A stretch of DNA of 64,000 nucleotides from the NCBI GenBank assembly GCA_028534125.1, contig CM052818.1, forward strand, positions 16,494,001 to 16,558,000, in the 5' to 3' direction. The translations under genes were made by a program, and so were the position numbers. Within the stretch, counting starts at the first letter, position 1, and each line of letters starts with the position of its first letter. Below are positions 1-12,220 of this stretch, in pieces. The notes under the pieces were generated by a model. It was not told where the DNA came from. It saw nothing but the letters and a program-made list of their open reading frames with translations, and did not search any database. The DNA is from Lama glama. Taxonomy: Eukaryota.

Positions 1-608
1 TTTTAAATCAAATCTGAGAATCTGTGTCTGTTAGTTGGAATATTTAGACTGTTGCCACTTTATTAATAGATGTAGTTAGGTTTAAACTGCCATCTTGTAT
101 TTATTTCCTATTCTCTTAATTTTTTCACTTTTTCTTTGTTATCTGTATTTCTGGAATGAATTGAATACATTTTGTGAGTCTATTTTATCTCCTTGGATAT
201 TTGATTTACTATAAATCTTTGTTCTTTATGTAGTTTCTTTAGCGTGTATAATATGTATCTTTAACTTATCAGAGTAGTGTTATACCATTTCACAAATAAA
301 AACCATTTCTCCCCTCTACACATCTTTCTTGTTATTGTAATACATTTTACTTTTTCATGCATTCAAAATCTCATGCCACATTTTAATTTTTTTGTTTAAA
401 GAGTATATTGTCCTTGAAGGCATTAAGCTGGATAGTCCTAGAACTTGCCTCATGTGTTTTCTGTGAGCAGCCAGTCCTTTGTTGCCTGATATACCTTTTC
501 TTACAAACCTTTTCTTACAAGACCATTAATAATTTTTGTTAAATTTTTGTTTGTTTCAGATGGGAGGTAAAATCTTATCTCTGTTATTCTGTCTAAGACA
601 GAAACTGA
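1..608 (-). mobile_element. Ancient L1 (L1M/L1ME-type) fragment, antisense
   Basis: T-rich sequence resembling antisense old L1M consensus (e.g. 'aatctgtgtctgttagttggaatatttagac', 'gtttaaactgccatcttg', 'gtatctttaacttatcagagt'). Family recalled, not searched. Confidence 0.55.
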
Positions 609-2471
609 GTAGCTGAGGCAATTTTGATTGAACCACAGATGTTTTAGAACTGTTATATTTCAGAGCCATTATGTTTCTCTGTGTAACTTCCCTATTGATC
701 TTGATTTTATCTCCTGAGTACTATACAAAAGAGTCTAATCTGTCTTCTGTGAACTAGTCCTTCAATTTTATGCATATTTTAGGTTCAGCCTTTTGGATTT
801 TTTACATGTGTCACATGTATAATTGCTTAAATTGGTCCTATTTTGAAAGTATTTAAGGTGATCATCTATATTGTATCGTATATTTCTAGTCTTAAAATCT
901 TAGCTATTATCTGTCTGGTGTTGTGCCATTTTTTGGTATACATTTATTTAAACAATCTCCAGAATAATTCTTGAGGTAATTATTCTGTCTTCCTTTTAGA
1001 AATGTACTTTAGCTAATGACTCATGTAATAGATAATCTAAATGTATATTATTAGGAGAAATGTTAAACAATTGATAGTTTAGCCATATAATAAAATAGTA
1101 TGCAAGAACTGAATCTGGTGACAAAGATTTATTTTTATTGATAAGGAAAATTTTTCTTATGTTTAATCAAAACAAGTTGGAGAACTGCACTTTTATGCAG
1201 ATTAAAAGTGAACAGTATATTAGTTTAAGTCTTGTTATCTGAGGAAAATAGAAGGAAATATTTATAACAAGTGTTGCCTGAAATATATGGAATATCCATC
1301 AAGTTTTTATTCTTTAGTCTCTCATTTGTAGTTTGAATTATTTTTCCATGTGTTTATATGCATACATGTATATGTTTGGTGACATGTATTTACAATAAGC
1401 ACCTGTAAATTAATATTCAGTAGGGATAAAACAACAATGGTGAAGCCATTTATATTATATAATTAAAAATAAAAACATTGAATCTAATGAAAACATGTTA
1501 GATAAAAACATTCAAACTAATACTGTAATGCAGATTTCGGTTTAGTGTTTCATTCAGCCTTAGTAATAATGACAAAACTAAATTTTAAAAACCTACAGGA
1601 AATTCTGAGTCTGAGTTGAACTGTTCTTACTTTTATCTCTTCTATTCAGTCAAATTTTATCTTCAATATTATAAACCTCAGAGGTTCAGATGGTACAGGT
1701 TAATTTTCAGTAGCACAGCTGAATATTTTGGGGCTCATCCAAGTGAGTCTTTAGAGACTTACAGAGCATTGGTGTGCATTGACCCTGTGGCGTGATTTTC
1801 TTCCTTCTGCTCAGCAGCATTCAAATCTAGACCCATACAGACAGAATACCAAATTAGAGCTTCTAGCCAAGTTTTTAGGTTTTTACATGGCATTTTGTGT
1901 GCTTACTTTGTTTTTAAATAATATCCTTTTTATTATAAATGTCACACAAATGCAAGGAATAATTTTAGAAAATAAATTTAGATAATACAAAAATTACAAA
2001 AAAAATAAAAATTATCCATAAGCTTAACATAAGAGATAACTGTTGTGTTTTTATTTCCCTCAGATAGGAAAACTTAAGGTTTTTTTTTGTTTTTAATCTG
2101 GTTTGTTCATTTACTATCTTGTAATATATTTAACCATGCCACTAAATAAGTTTCAAAATCATAGTTTTTAGGATCTGCCAGTATACCACTTAAATAATTT
2201 TCTCTTTTTAGGAAATTATGTTGTTATCAGTATTCTATTATTATAAGCAACATTCTGAAGAATAATTTGTATGTGAATCTTTGAGGAGTTTGATGATTAT
2301 TTTTAAGATTAAATGTTTAGAAATGTGGTTTCTGGGCCAAATTTTATGAATATTTTAAAGCCTTTTATAAATTACAGTAACAATTTACTTGTCTAGTAAC
2401 AATTTACCTTTTCTGCTTTACACTGGTTAATACAGTTTCTTAGGAAATGTCCAGAAAACATTTTGAGGTAG

Positions 2472-2472
<1 letters not shown>

Positions 2473-2506
<34 letters not shown>
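2473..2506. repeat. (TG)17 microsatellite
   Basis: Perfect dinucleotide run read directly. Confidence 0.98.
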
Positions 2507-2511
<5 letters not shown>

Positions 2512-3329
2512 AGGGATGTCATGACATGTTCCCATCTTTTGCCTTATGGGAATCTTTGACACGCAGGGAATAAAAGTATCAGTACAGCTTATCAATACAA
2601 TCATGATAATCTAAAAGAAACTTCAAAAGTACCTCATTCATTTCCCTCTTCTTGACTGAATATAAGATTACTTTATACTGTAGCAGTGCTACTTGTATTT
2701 TACTTCCCCAGAAAATAAACAGTGATCAGTGAAACCTGTCTGTAATTGGTTACATATTCTCAAGATATTAAATATGTTTTAAGTGAGAACTACAAGGTCT
2801 TCGTGGCACAATAACATCCATTGTTGTTTGGGTACCTTCATCTTCTAATTGAACCTGCCCTTGCTGATACCTATTTATGACATCTATTCCAATTAGCTAT
2901 CAGATTGTACTTTTCAGGAATCAATTAATTTGTAATTTCTTATTCTTCTTTCGGGGAAGGGAAACCAAGCTTTCAAAAACTATGTATATACATTTAAAAA
3001 AATTTTTATGTCAAGAGAAATATCATCATGAAAGGGAAAAAAGGAAATATAAATCACTGATTTTTAATGTGATGTTAAATTTGTGTCAATTCTTTCTGTA
3101 CCAATCTGGTAAATGTATTTATAGCAAGAATCATTCTCAAGTGTCTAAGGAATTTAAATTTCCTCCATGAATGAACTTAGTTTCCATTTAAGCCTCATTC
3201 TGTAGAGTGATAGGAGTTGATCTTGATCAAGTTAAGATTTCTTTTCATTTTTTGTAATAATTGTATCTACTCTTGGGGGCTAATATGGTTTCAAACAATT
3301 AGTGGAGAGAGGAGGAAGGACAGTGACAT

Positions 3330-4040
3330 TTGGTCCTCACTGCTGTCAGATCTCCTTGATGTGGATAGCTGTGCTATCAGCATTTCCATCTGGACTTCAC
3401 TTATTAGTCTGGAGGGGGCACTCTTTCCTCCTGACCACAAGAACTCAGATTTCCAGTGTTCTGTACCATTTCAATGCCAATCTAGACAACAGTGGAGAGC
3501 TCTCCCGTCTTCTGAGACACATTACAGGGCTGTATCAGGCCCTTCTGTCTAGGCATCCACAACATTTACACATTTTATCTGTTTTTGCCCATGAAGGTAG
3601 CCTGAGGTCTTGTCACTACCCTGGGCATTACAGAGAAATGGAGTACAAACTCCTGTTACTCCCAGGTTCCCAAATTCTCCCAGACATTATTCTTGCTTTC
3701 TCACTTCCAGGTCTCAGTCAGAGGGGGAATGGCCATGGCTCCTTCACAGAAACTCGCCAAGTTTTCTGTATTTCCAATATGAATCTCTTCTCCCTTTCTC
3801 CAGGTTAGGCAAAATTTGCTAGTCTCTAGAGCAGCAAAAACTAGCTCTGACATATTTTTCAAATCTTTTGTCTTAGGTATAATCCACAGTTTTTGAAACT
3901 CAAAAGTAAATCATTAGATTCTTTTCATTTTGATGTTTTTGCTTTGTCATCATTTCTTCATCTGGAGAATCCTGGCTATTACCTGAATGGTGGTGGAGAG
4001 AGGAACAGAAGTAATTGTTCATAGAAATTCTGAGTAGGAA
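3330..4040 (-). mobile_element. Possible decayed 5' region of an old L1, antisense
   Basis: Locally higher GC and an overall texture like old L1M 5' UTRs; no diagnostic motif. Confidence 0.3.
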
Positions 4041-4154
4041 ACAACCATACACAATAAAAAATGAAATTTTTGTTACACTCCATCTTTTTTGACAATATCT
4101 TTTTCATCTTTATTCCTCAGTGAGTTCAGTTCTCACCATAAAGCATTTGGGCAC

Positions 4155-4300
4155 CAGCTTAGTCACTTCAGCTCTCAAAAGGAGATAATCGCAGGAACTA
4201 ACTGATAAGATTACAATAAAAGTTAAATGAGATAATACTTGGAAATAGGATTTCACTTTCGAAGCACAAAAGTAAAGTTATTAAGGTTAGCTACTATTAT
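4155..4300 (+). mobile_element. MIR SINE fragment
   Basis: 'agtcacttcagctctc...aagttaaatgagataatacttggaaa...ttagctactattatt' resembles the MIR core and 3' end. Confidence 0.55.
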
Positions 4301-5207
4301 TAGCTAATACTTTGGAATAAACCAAGCTATTTTCCACCTCAGTTCCTTACTCTATTATTCTTTGCATACTCAGGTCTCTCTTATTATTTCAAGGGCTCAA
4401 TAATACTAGTTAAATGAATGAATGAATGACTTACCATTATACATTTTATTAGTATTAATATTAGTGTTAATCTCTAATAATTTAACATCCAGCATTTTTC
4501 ACAACTTCTTTTTTAAATGTTTAAAGTTTTACACTCATGAATCATTATTATTTACTCACAAATCTGCTTTTGGCATAGGAAGAAATTGTAACTGAGTCCA
4601 TTTTGCCTATGGTAAAACTCATTTATATCCTTTTCCAAAAGGCAATTAATGATGAATAGGGAAATACTACATTCAGAAGAATCTGTTTTAAAAGCCTTTA
4701 GGCAGAACTTTTAAATCTGAAAATAATTCTCAGGCAACATTTCAAAGTAAAACACTAAACCATTCACTGCAACACTGCAGACCTGATTTTTGTAGCCCTA
4801 AGAATGATTCAACAACTAACATTTGACCCAGATATGTTTGTATGATTTTTCTTTATAAAGGCCATGAATAAGACTATCCACTATGAAAAAAATGAATCCA
4901 CAAGTAATTGTACCTATTTAACTTTTAAAGAAGCATTTGTTGAGGCATTTTGCTTATTTTAATAGACTGACTTATTTTTTATATCTTCTTTATTCACACA
5001 ATTTTTAAATCAACTTCTTCAAAATAATATGATAAATATAACATGATTGAAATATCTGGTGCAAAATGTGTCAAGAGGAAAGGCAAAACAGTGTGGAGAA
5101 AGAAGCACTAGATTTTGTACAGATTCTGCTATCAAACAGCTATTCAAATATGTGAGTGTCACTTTAGCTAACTGAACCTCTGTTTCTATCTACTCAAAAG
5201 AACTGTT

Positions 5208-5480
5208 CCTGTTAGTACAATCTTAATGGCAACTAATAGAAAAGATCACTGAAATTAGATTAAACAGTATAGGAAGTTTAGTTGTTCATATACCTGTAAG
5301 CATTGGACTTAGCATATAGCTTCAGATGAGGCTTTTAAAGTAGTTAAACAATGGCATGAAACAATGGTTTTCTTACCTTTTATGGAATAAGGGTAAGACA
5401 ATGGCACCCTGACTTCCATTTAGGTGGTTTTATCTTGTGATTGTGTGTCTTCATAGTCTCATAATGGCAAAAGGAGTTTT
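5208..5480. mobile_element. Old MaLR LTR fragment (MLT1J/K-like)
   Basis: 'tcttaatggcaactaatagaaaa...ggaagtttagttgttcatatacctgtaag...gcttcag' resembles the recalled MLT1J/K end. Confidence 0.45.
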
Positions 5481-5596
5481 AGACACTCATTTTTCTCACA
5501 ATTGAATTGTAATTTTTTTCTTTGGAGTATAGATAATTGTGTTGGAATCAGACAATGATTCTAATTGTATTTTTTAGTTACCTGTTTGCTTACCCA

Positions 5597-6121
5597 TGGT
5601 GAATTAAAGATGGCCACAAGTATTTTGACATTTCTTCCATTGAAGAATGGGATCTTTGTCCTTGTTCCCTGAATCACAGGTAGAAACTCTGTGATTCCTT
5701 TCACCAATAGAATTGCATAAGTGATACTGAGCCACTTCCTGGTCCCAGTCAAGAAAATACGGCAGTTTCTCTTTTTTATCACTTGTAACACTCACTCTTA
5801 GACCTAGCCACCATGCTATAAGTAAGTCCAACTAGCAAAAGGCCCACATGGATAGGATCTGAGGGCTGCTGATAGCCTTGACTGAGCTACAGCCAACACC
5901 CAATCACAACTGTGCCAACCAGGTGAGGGAACCATCTTGGAAGTAGACCCTTCAGCCCTACTTGAAATGCCCTGTGGCATTTCCACTGTGTGGAACAATG
6001 AAAGCCATTTGGTATGAATTTTACCTAAATTGCAGATCTGTGATCAGAATAGATTATTACTATTGCTCTTAATTACTATGTTTTGAACTGGCTTGTTTTA
6101 CAGTAACAGTTTACCAGAACA
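5597..6121 (+). mobile_element. MaLR solo LTR (MLT1F/G/H-like)
   Basis: Starts 'tggtgaattaaagatggccacaa', contains 'gccaccatgct', 'ggcccacatgg' and 'ccatcttggaagtagacccttcagccc', and ends 'tgttttacagtaacagtttaccagaaca'. Confidence 0.8.
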
Positions 6122-6431
6122 CCACTATATCAGTAGCGCAGGCTTCAGTATTTTTTTTCCTAATTGTGTATGCCTACTCCTAATATATGATGTGGTAACT
6201 TCCCTGAATGGTATTATAGTAGCATTTTAGTTATCAGCTTCAGTATTTATTGATATAGTGTTTGATAACGTTAGCGTGTTTTATTTTTGATGAAAGAACC
6301 AGGAGACATTTTTATGTTCACTGTGTTTTCTTCAAAAGGACCTTGTACCTTGACAGGTATCTTGGATCTATTGTTCAAATTGGTAGAATCAAATATATTG
6401 AGAATTGAATAATTTTTATGTGGTGTGTAAT

Positions 6432-6860
6432 AAGGATTGCCTCTAGGGTATGCAGGACTCTGGGCAAAACTTTTTGTGAGGATCTTATCTATTTAGACAA
6501 TTTGAGCTGCTCAAATTAACCTCTTCAGCACTATACTGTTAATCCAATCTTACATGATTTTGTGAAGAGACATTATGCTGCAAAGGCGACCTGGCCACAA
6601 GGCTCTGGACAACCCCATAGGCCTGAGCCTGAAGCTCCCAGGGTATCTGGCCAAGATGAGGTAAGGCAGAGTTCTTCAAGACCCACAAGGGCCCAGCCCA
6701 AATTTGGGACATCCTACCAGATGGCACCAATAGCCTCGCCTATCCCAGACACCAGAGGTGAACTTAGAAATTTTCAGAAGGTATTCTAAAACTTGGGAGT
6801 CCAGAGGCATAGGACCTGAGACAGAGGCCCCATTTGTTTGTATCTCAGAGCAGAAGTGCT
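6432..6860. mobile_element. hAT-Tip100 DNA transposon relic (MER115/Zaphod-like)
   Basis: 'gcctctagggtatgcaggactctgggcaaaactttttgtgagg...atctatttagacaatttg' resembles the recalled MER115 left end; GC-richer interior. Confidence 0.5.
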
Positions 6861-8289
6861 TGTAATCCAGTCTTCTTTGACAGACTGTGTGAAAGTGTGG
6901 GTTCCATTGCTTTCTTTCATTTTATGTAGTTTTTTGTTTTATCAAAATCATTGAAGAATTAGCTGGTCTTGGTAGTATCATTTCATGTGAATCCTTACAG
7001 ATCCATTATCATTTTTTAAAAAATCTTGTATAAGGGGAATTATTTTATTCACCCATGTAAAATATAATCTTTTAAAAGCAATTCACTTTACATAAAATAC
7101 ATAACATTTATACAAATACATTTAGATAAGAAGCAACCACACAAAGGCCTAAAACTTTATATAATATTGCTTTATTACAATGCATAATAGTAACACTCAT
7201 TATTTTACAACAAACCAATATTCTACCCAAGAACATGCAGTAGCAGATGTGCATTAATCTTGCCTGGCATCAGCTGAACCTGGAACCAAAGACTGGAGCA
7301 GTGTCCCTGTTTATGCAGTTTGGAGCACAGATGCACATTCAAACCTAAGTTAAAAAAAATCAGTAGAGAGCTATAAACTTCTAATTATTGACCATGTACA
7401 AGCCATTTAAAAGTGTGAGCAGAAATAGCAAAACATGTTTATTTCAAGGATTATATTAAGTAAACTTTCTAGCACAATTAATGCATTTATATTATTCAAA
7501 TAGATTAATATTTGGAGAGTGATATGTATGGGGGAACATGCTTATTAACATTAAAAATGATTAAAATATATATTTCTTCAAAAATTCAAACTGAACTGTT
7601 GCAGATTGTCCTATGTACTTCCCTATAGTTTTCAGTATTTAATGTGAATTTTTTAGCAAAAGATAATATCAGATACTGTCAGGCTCTAAAAACGCTATTT
7701 TATCCCCTTGATATGTTGAAGGACACTAGCATGAAAAATCCTATGATTGGCCTGATCTTTCTACTTGCTGTTCACACAGAGGGAACACTGCTCTCTTCAT
7801 AAAATATCATTCAGAGAGAAAATTCTGCAAACCATAAAATAGTCTAATGTCAGGAGTTCTAATTTCTCTTCTAAGATTCATTACAAATATTGATGAAAAT
7901 GTTTCAATTCTGGAAATATTTTTGCCTGAGCAAAATGTTGAATTCAATAGCATTCTGATTGTGATTTACAACAGTTAATGGAAATCATTCTATTTAGATG
8001 TTCAAGAGGCTTTTCTCATTTCCTTCATCAGGTTCAATCATAAATGGCTTAATCATTCAGAAGACGTTACTGAATTAGATTGCATTAACTGCATAATAAC
8101 AGAAAAGAAGGGCAATATGGAAACAAACTGAAATGCTATTAGGAAGGAATTAAGTTCATTCCCTTTAATTCCTATGTTGATTTGTTGAAATTGTTGATGT
8201 GACCTCAATCAGGATTTTTGCTTTGTTTTGTTCATCAGTTTCTCTCCACTTTAGGAAATACGCATTTACACTTTTGAAATAAAAATAGG

Positions 8290-8325
8290 CTATATATATA
8301 TATATACACACACACACATACATAT
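8290..8325. repeat. Compound (TA)n(CA)n microsatellite
   Basis: Read directly. Confidence 0.9.
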
Positions 8326-9189
8326 ACAGGGATTCCAGACAACTGTGAATTTAGAACTTAGGTTCAAATTCTGATTAATAAACATTAATGAGATAAAAGA
8401 ATTAACAACCTGCTAGGACAGTTAACAGTAGGCAAAAGGTCCATCACCATTTATTTGGAATATTACATTTTTCAGGAAGTAATAGTGAACAAGTGCTAGG
8501 CTGATTCATTTATATTCCAAAATTTAAAGCAGACAGGAACCTAGAAATCACCTATTCAAATGTTCATTCTTTAAAAGCATGTCTATAGTCCTGAAGTGAC
8601 ACTCAAAATCATTTGGCTTGTTTCCAGTTGAGCCAAGCCCATATTCCCAGGTTTTGTGGCTTTTGATGGAGCCAGTGTTTTTGCACTTATCTTTGCTTCT
8701 CCTAAATTGAACTTACATTTTAATCTTTGCCTTATCTGAAGTTATTTAAACATCTATTACTGTTGTTCACAGGTAACACCATGGCCCTCATTTCCCTCAG
8801 CTTATTTCTCTAGCATTATCTTGCATTACTCTCTGTCTCCACTCCCTTCTTCATCCAAGCTAAATTCCCTTTGATTTTTCATACTCACCACATACTTTCT
8901 CATCTTTCTTGTCTCCAGAAAAGGCCAATGAAAATGCTTCTGCTTGGGATACCTCTTTCCTTCCCTTTGCTCCATTACCTTCGTAGACTTTTACTATTCC
9001 TTTGGTATTTTAAAATTTAAGGAGTAGGATGCTTCTCAGTTCAAAATGCTTCATGTTCTAGGATTATAAGTATCTAGAATGTACTATGCATCTCTTCATT
9101 TGAGACATTTGGTAGCTGTTGTCATTGACTTGCTTTTTCCTCTTTACCTTTCAAAATATTAATGGGAAATCCCTCTAAGAAAATCTAGG

Positions 9190-9625
9190 GCAGAATATAA
9201 ATCAGTAAACAAATAAAATGATTACAGATTGTAATGTGTTCCATGAATGTAATAAAGAGGTCACATTCTAGAAGAAACTGGGGAGCCACTTTGTATGCAT
9301 AATCAAGGAAGGCATTGCTGAAAAGTTTAATATTTAAATTGAGATCTAACTTTTGAGGAGAATCCAGCCATGAGAAGGACTAAAAGGGCATTCCAGACAA
9401 AGAAGCAATGAATGCATGAGTCCCAAGGAGTAAAAGGAGTTGCCACATTTAAAACACAGAAGCCCAGTGAGGTTATAGGATAGTATACGGAAGAGTTTTA
9501 GAAGATGAGTTTGGTAAAGCAGATAATTATCAAATCACATAGATCATTGTAGGCAAGATAAAGAGTTATCATGTTGTTGTAAGCACCAAAGGATGTCAGT
9601 GTTATATTTTAAACTGCAGAGGGAC
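9190..9625 (-). mobile_element. L2 LINE fragment
   Basis: 'aatcaaggaaggcatt...ttgagatctaa...cagccatgagaagga...gggcattccagacaaagaagcaa...atcacatagatcattgtaggc' is typical antisense L2. Confidence 0.75.
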
Positions 9626-12220
9626 TGTCAGGCTTACATTATCTGCTTATTGCAGAGAACACCTAGATTATGGATTTAACAATTAATGGGTTTAGATGGA
9701 GACAAAGAGTAACAGTAAAATATATGGTACAGATTGAGAAATTACCCTGATGACTCAGCCTGAAAAAACAATAAAGGATAACTACCAAATCTTAAAACTT
9801 TGAGATGGGAGATAATTAAAAACGGAGGGATCCACTTGATAATTAATGTCATTTTTTACTTTTTGATAAAATCTTTATATTTTTTTACACATAGGAGTAT
9901 ATATCCATATGTGTATGTCTGTGTTTAAGTGATAACTGTCCCATTCACACAACTTTTTCTACATGGATAAAGCAATAGAAATATGTTTATCCTTCCTTAA
10001 TTGTTTTGTTAGCAAGAAAAATGACGTCAAGCAATTCTCAGGTATCAATTTACAGTCTATATTCCTTCAACTTGTTGATCCAAAATATATGACATGTTAA
10101 AAATAATCGGTGAGAGTAATCATTTTATGTGACAGAGGAAGTCATTTTAGGATAGAAATTGGAAGTGGATATAAAACATCCATCTAAATCAGTCATGTAA
10201 GTGTATAGACAGAAGTGTTTATGAAACTCTAGGGAACATTAATTATTCCCAGTACTAACTTTACCTTGCATTGCCAGAAACCACTATTCTATTCTTAACC
10301 CTCTTTTATGAAACTAAATATTTTTTTCTCTTCTCATTAGCTAATCAGAGTGTAGGAGAGCATAGTATAATTATGATAATTTCAATCATAGCAGGTAATA
10401 GTCATTGAAATGTTCATGAGACCATATGTTATAAAGAAGACAATCATACCTAATTGTCCTCACTTTCAATTTTCTCCTTGCGTTATTTATGTACTAGTTT
10501 GGGAGAACAGTTTGTCAACAAAGGACTACAGGAGAAAAATCCAGTTTCTGCTTAGGTATCAGGGGCATGGGTGTTATTAAGCCAATATGCAGCAGGCCAC
10601 GAGTTTTGTTTGTTTTGGTATTCACTTTAGTTATTTAGAAAGCAAAAGACCCATTTTTGTTGTTCTTTTGTTTTGTTTTTGTTTTTGCTTTTTTACATTT
10701 TATAAGATCTACAAGTAAAATAGAAGTTTTCCATATATATTGATGTAACCACCAGAAAGTTAAATAAAAGGCAATTTTCCATTCCATTATTTTGTTTTCC
10801 ACATCTATCTCAAGGTATAGTATATCTTATTTAGGAATACTTTGCTAATTTAAATCACTTATGGTCAGTTCAAGTCAAATCAGCAGCAATTAGTGTAGCA
10901 TTCAGTTCTGTTTTGTGAATCAGTGCATATAAAACGTAGACTGCATATTTATATAACAAAGATTATCTTATATGTTTGTCTATTTTCCTGTTTAATTAAT
11001 TAATGTTGTGAGGTTGCAAAAGAACTCAAATACCGTAGCACATTGCATGTCACATAGTATGCTCTCTATTCACTCCTTTCATCTACCCATTCCTCTTTCC
11101 CTCTGTTCTTCTCTCCCTCATTTCCTTCTGCACTCTTCTTTAGTTTTCTCCTTCCCTTTCATCTTAAATCTAAGTGGCTTGAAATCAAGGACTTTTCCCT
11201 TGCTATATAGCCCACAATGCCTAGCATAATGCAGACATCAGAATTTAACAACTGCTTGTCTGTGCCTTTGGGAAAAAATATTATGTCTCCGTTCAACCTA
11301 ACAGTTCCAATTTCCCCACAGAGAAACACAGAAAATAACACTTTCTGAATCTCTTTATATATCTGAATAAAGTACTTCAGTCTGTAAACCCAGAATCTCC
11401 TCAATCTGAGTCATTCTATATTATGTCTTTATTATACACTTAACCAGTGCTGCCCACCTCAGTTTTTCCTTCTCCCTTTCTCTCTGCCCTCTCCCTCTCT
11501 CTCTTTCTTTGCCTCTATCCTTTCCTCTCTCTTTTTTTAGCTTACAATCTCCAAAAGCTCTCTTTAAAGATAATAAAAAAGGAAGAAAAACACTCTCCAT
11601 CCAGCTTTTTTATTTGAACATTCAAACTGTCATAGTATGAAAAAGCTTTTGAAACTAAGAGAGGTTTTCTTTATTCACACAAGAATTTTTCTCTATTCAC
11701 ACAGACACATGTAGACAGTACACACATAAATTGAATTAAAGGATCTCATGAAAAACTAACTTGTATGCAAAACTTTTTTTAAAAAGCTACACATACACAC
11801 AAATAAGAGAAACCTTAAATACTAAAGTTCAAATTTATTTTTAAAAGTTCGGAATCAGCTTTTTGGGTTATAGCAACTAACGGTCAATGTGTTTGCATTC
11901 AGTCATTTCTTGATATTTAGCTCTATTTTATTTTCCAACTGGATTCCAAAGGAACATCATAGCAATGGGCTTCGAGCTTGATTAGACCTTAGACTCAATT
12001 ATTTAATTCCCTCAGAAAAAAGATGAAAAAATTGATGTTCAAAGAAGTTATGTGACTTACATCATTTTATTTTAAGACATAGAGCCATCCTACATGGTTC
12101 TCAATATATAAAGGAGGTAATAAGATTATATATATAATATACATGTAATACATAACATATGTATATGCTAACACAAAATGTTCAAATGCCTTCCAATAAG
12201 TAATAAAAGCTATTATTTAA

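Noticed and set aside
493..520. Short direct repeats (14-bp tandem here; also 2376-2407 and ~20929-20948) as a CRISPR-like array
   Set aside because: Only two copies each, no spacer periodicity, eukaryotic context; ordinary slippage duplications.
3217..3822. Overlapping 111/168/70-aa ORFs
   Set aside because: Non-ATG starts, no recognisable domain; explained by locally higher GC in a probable old repeat.
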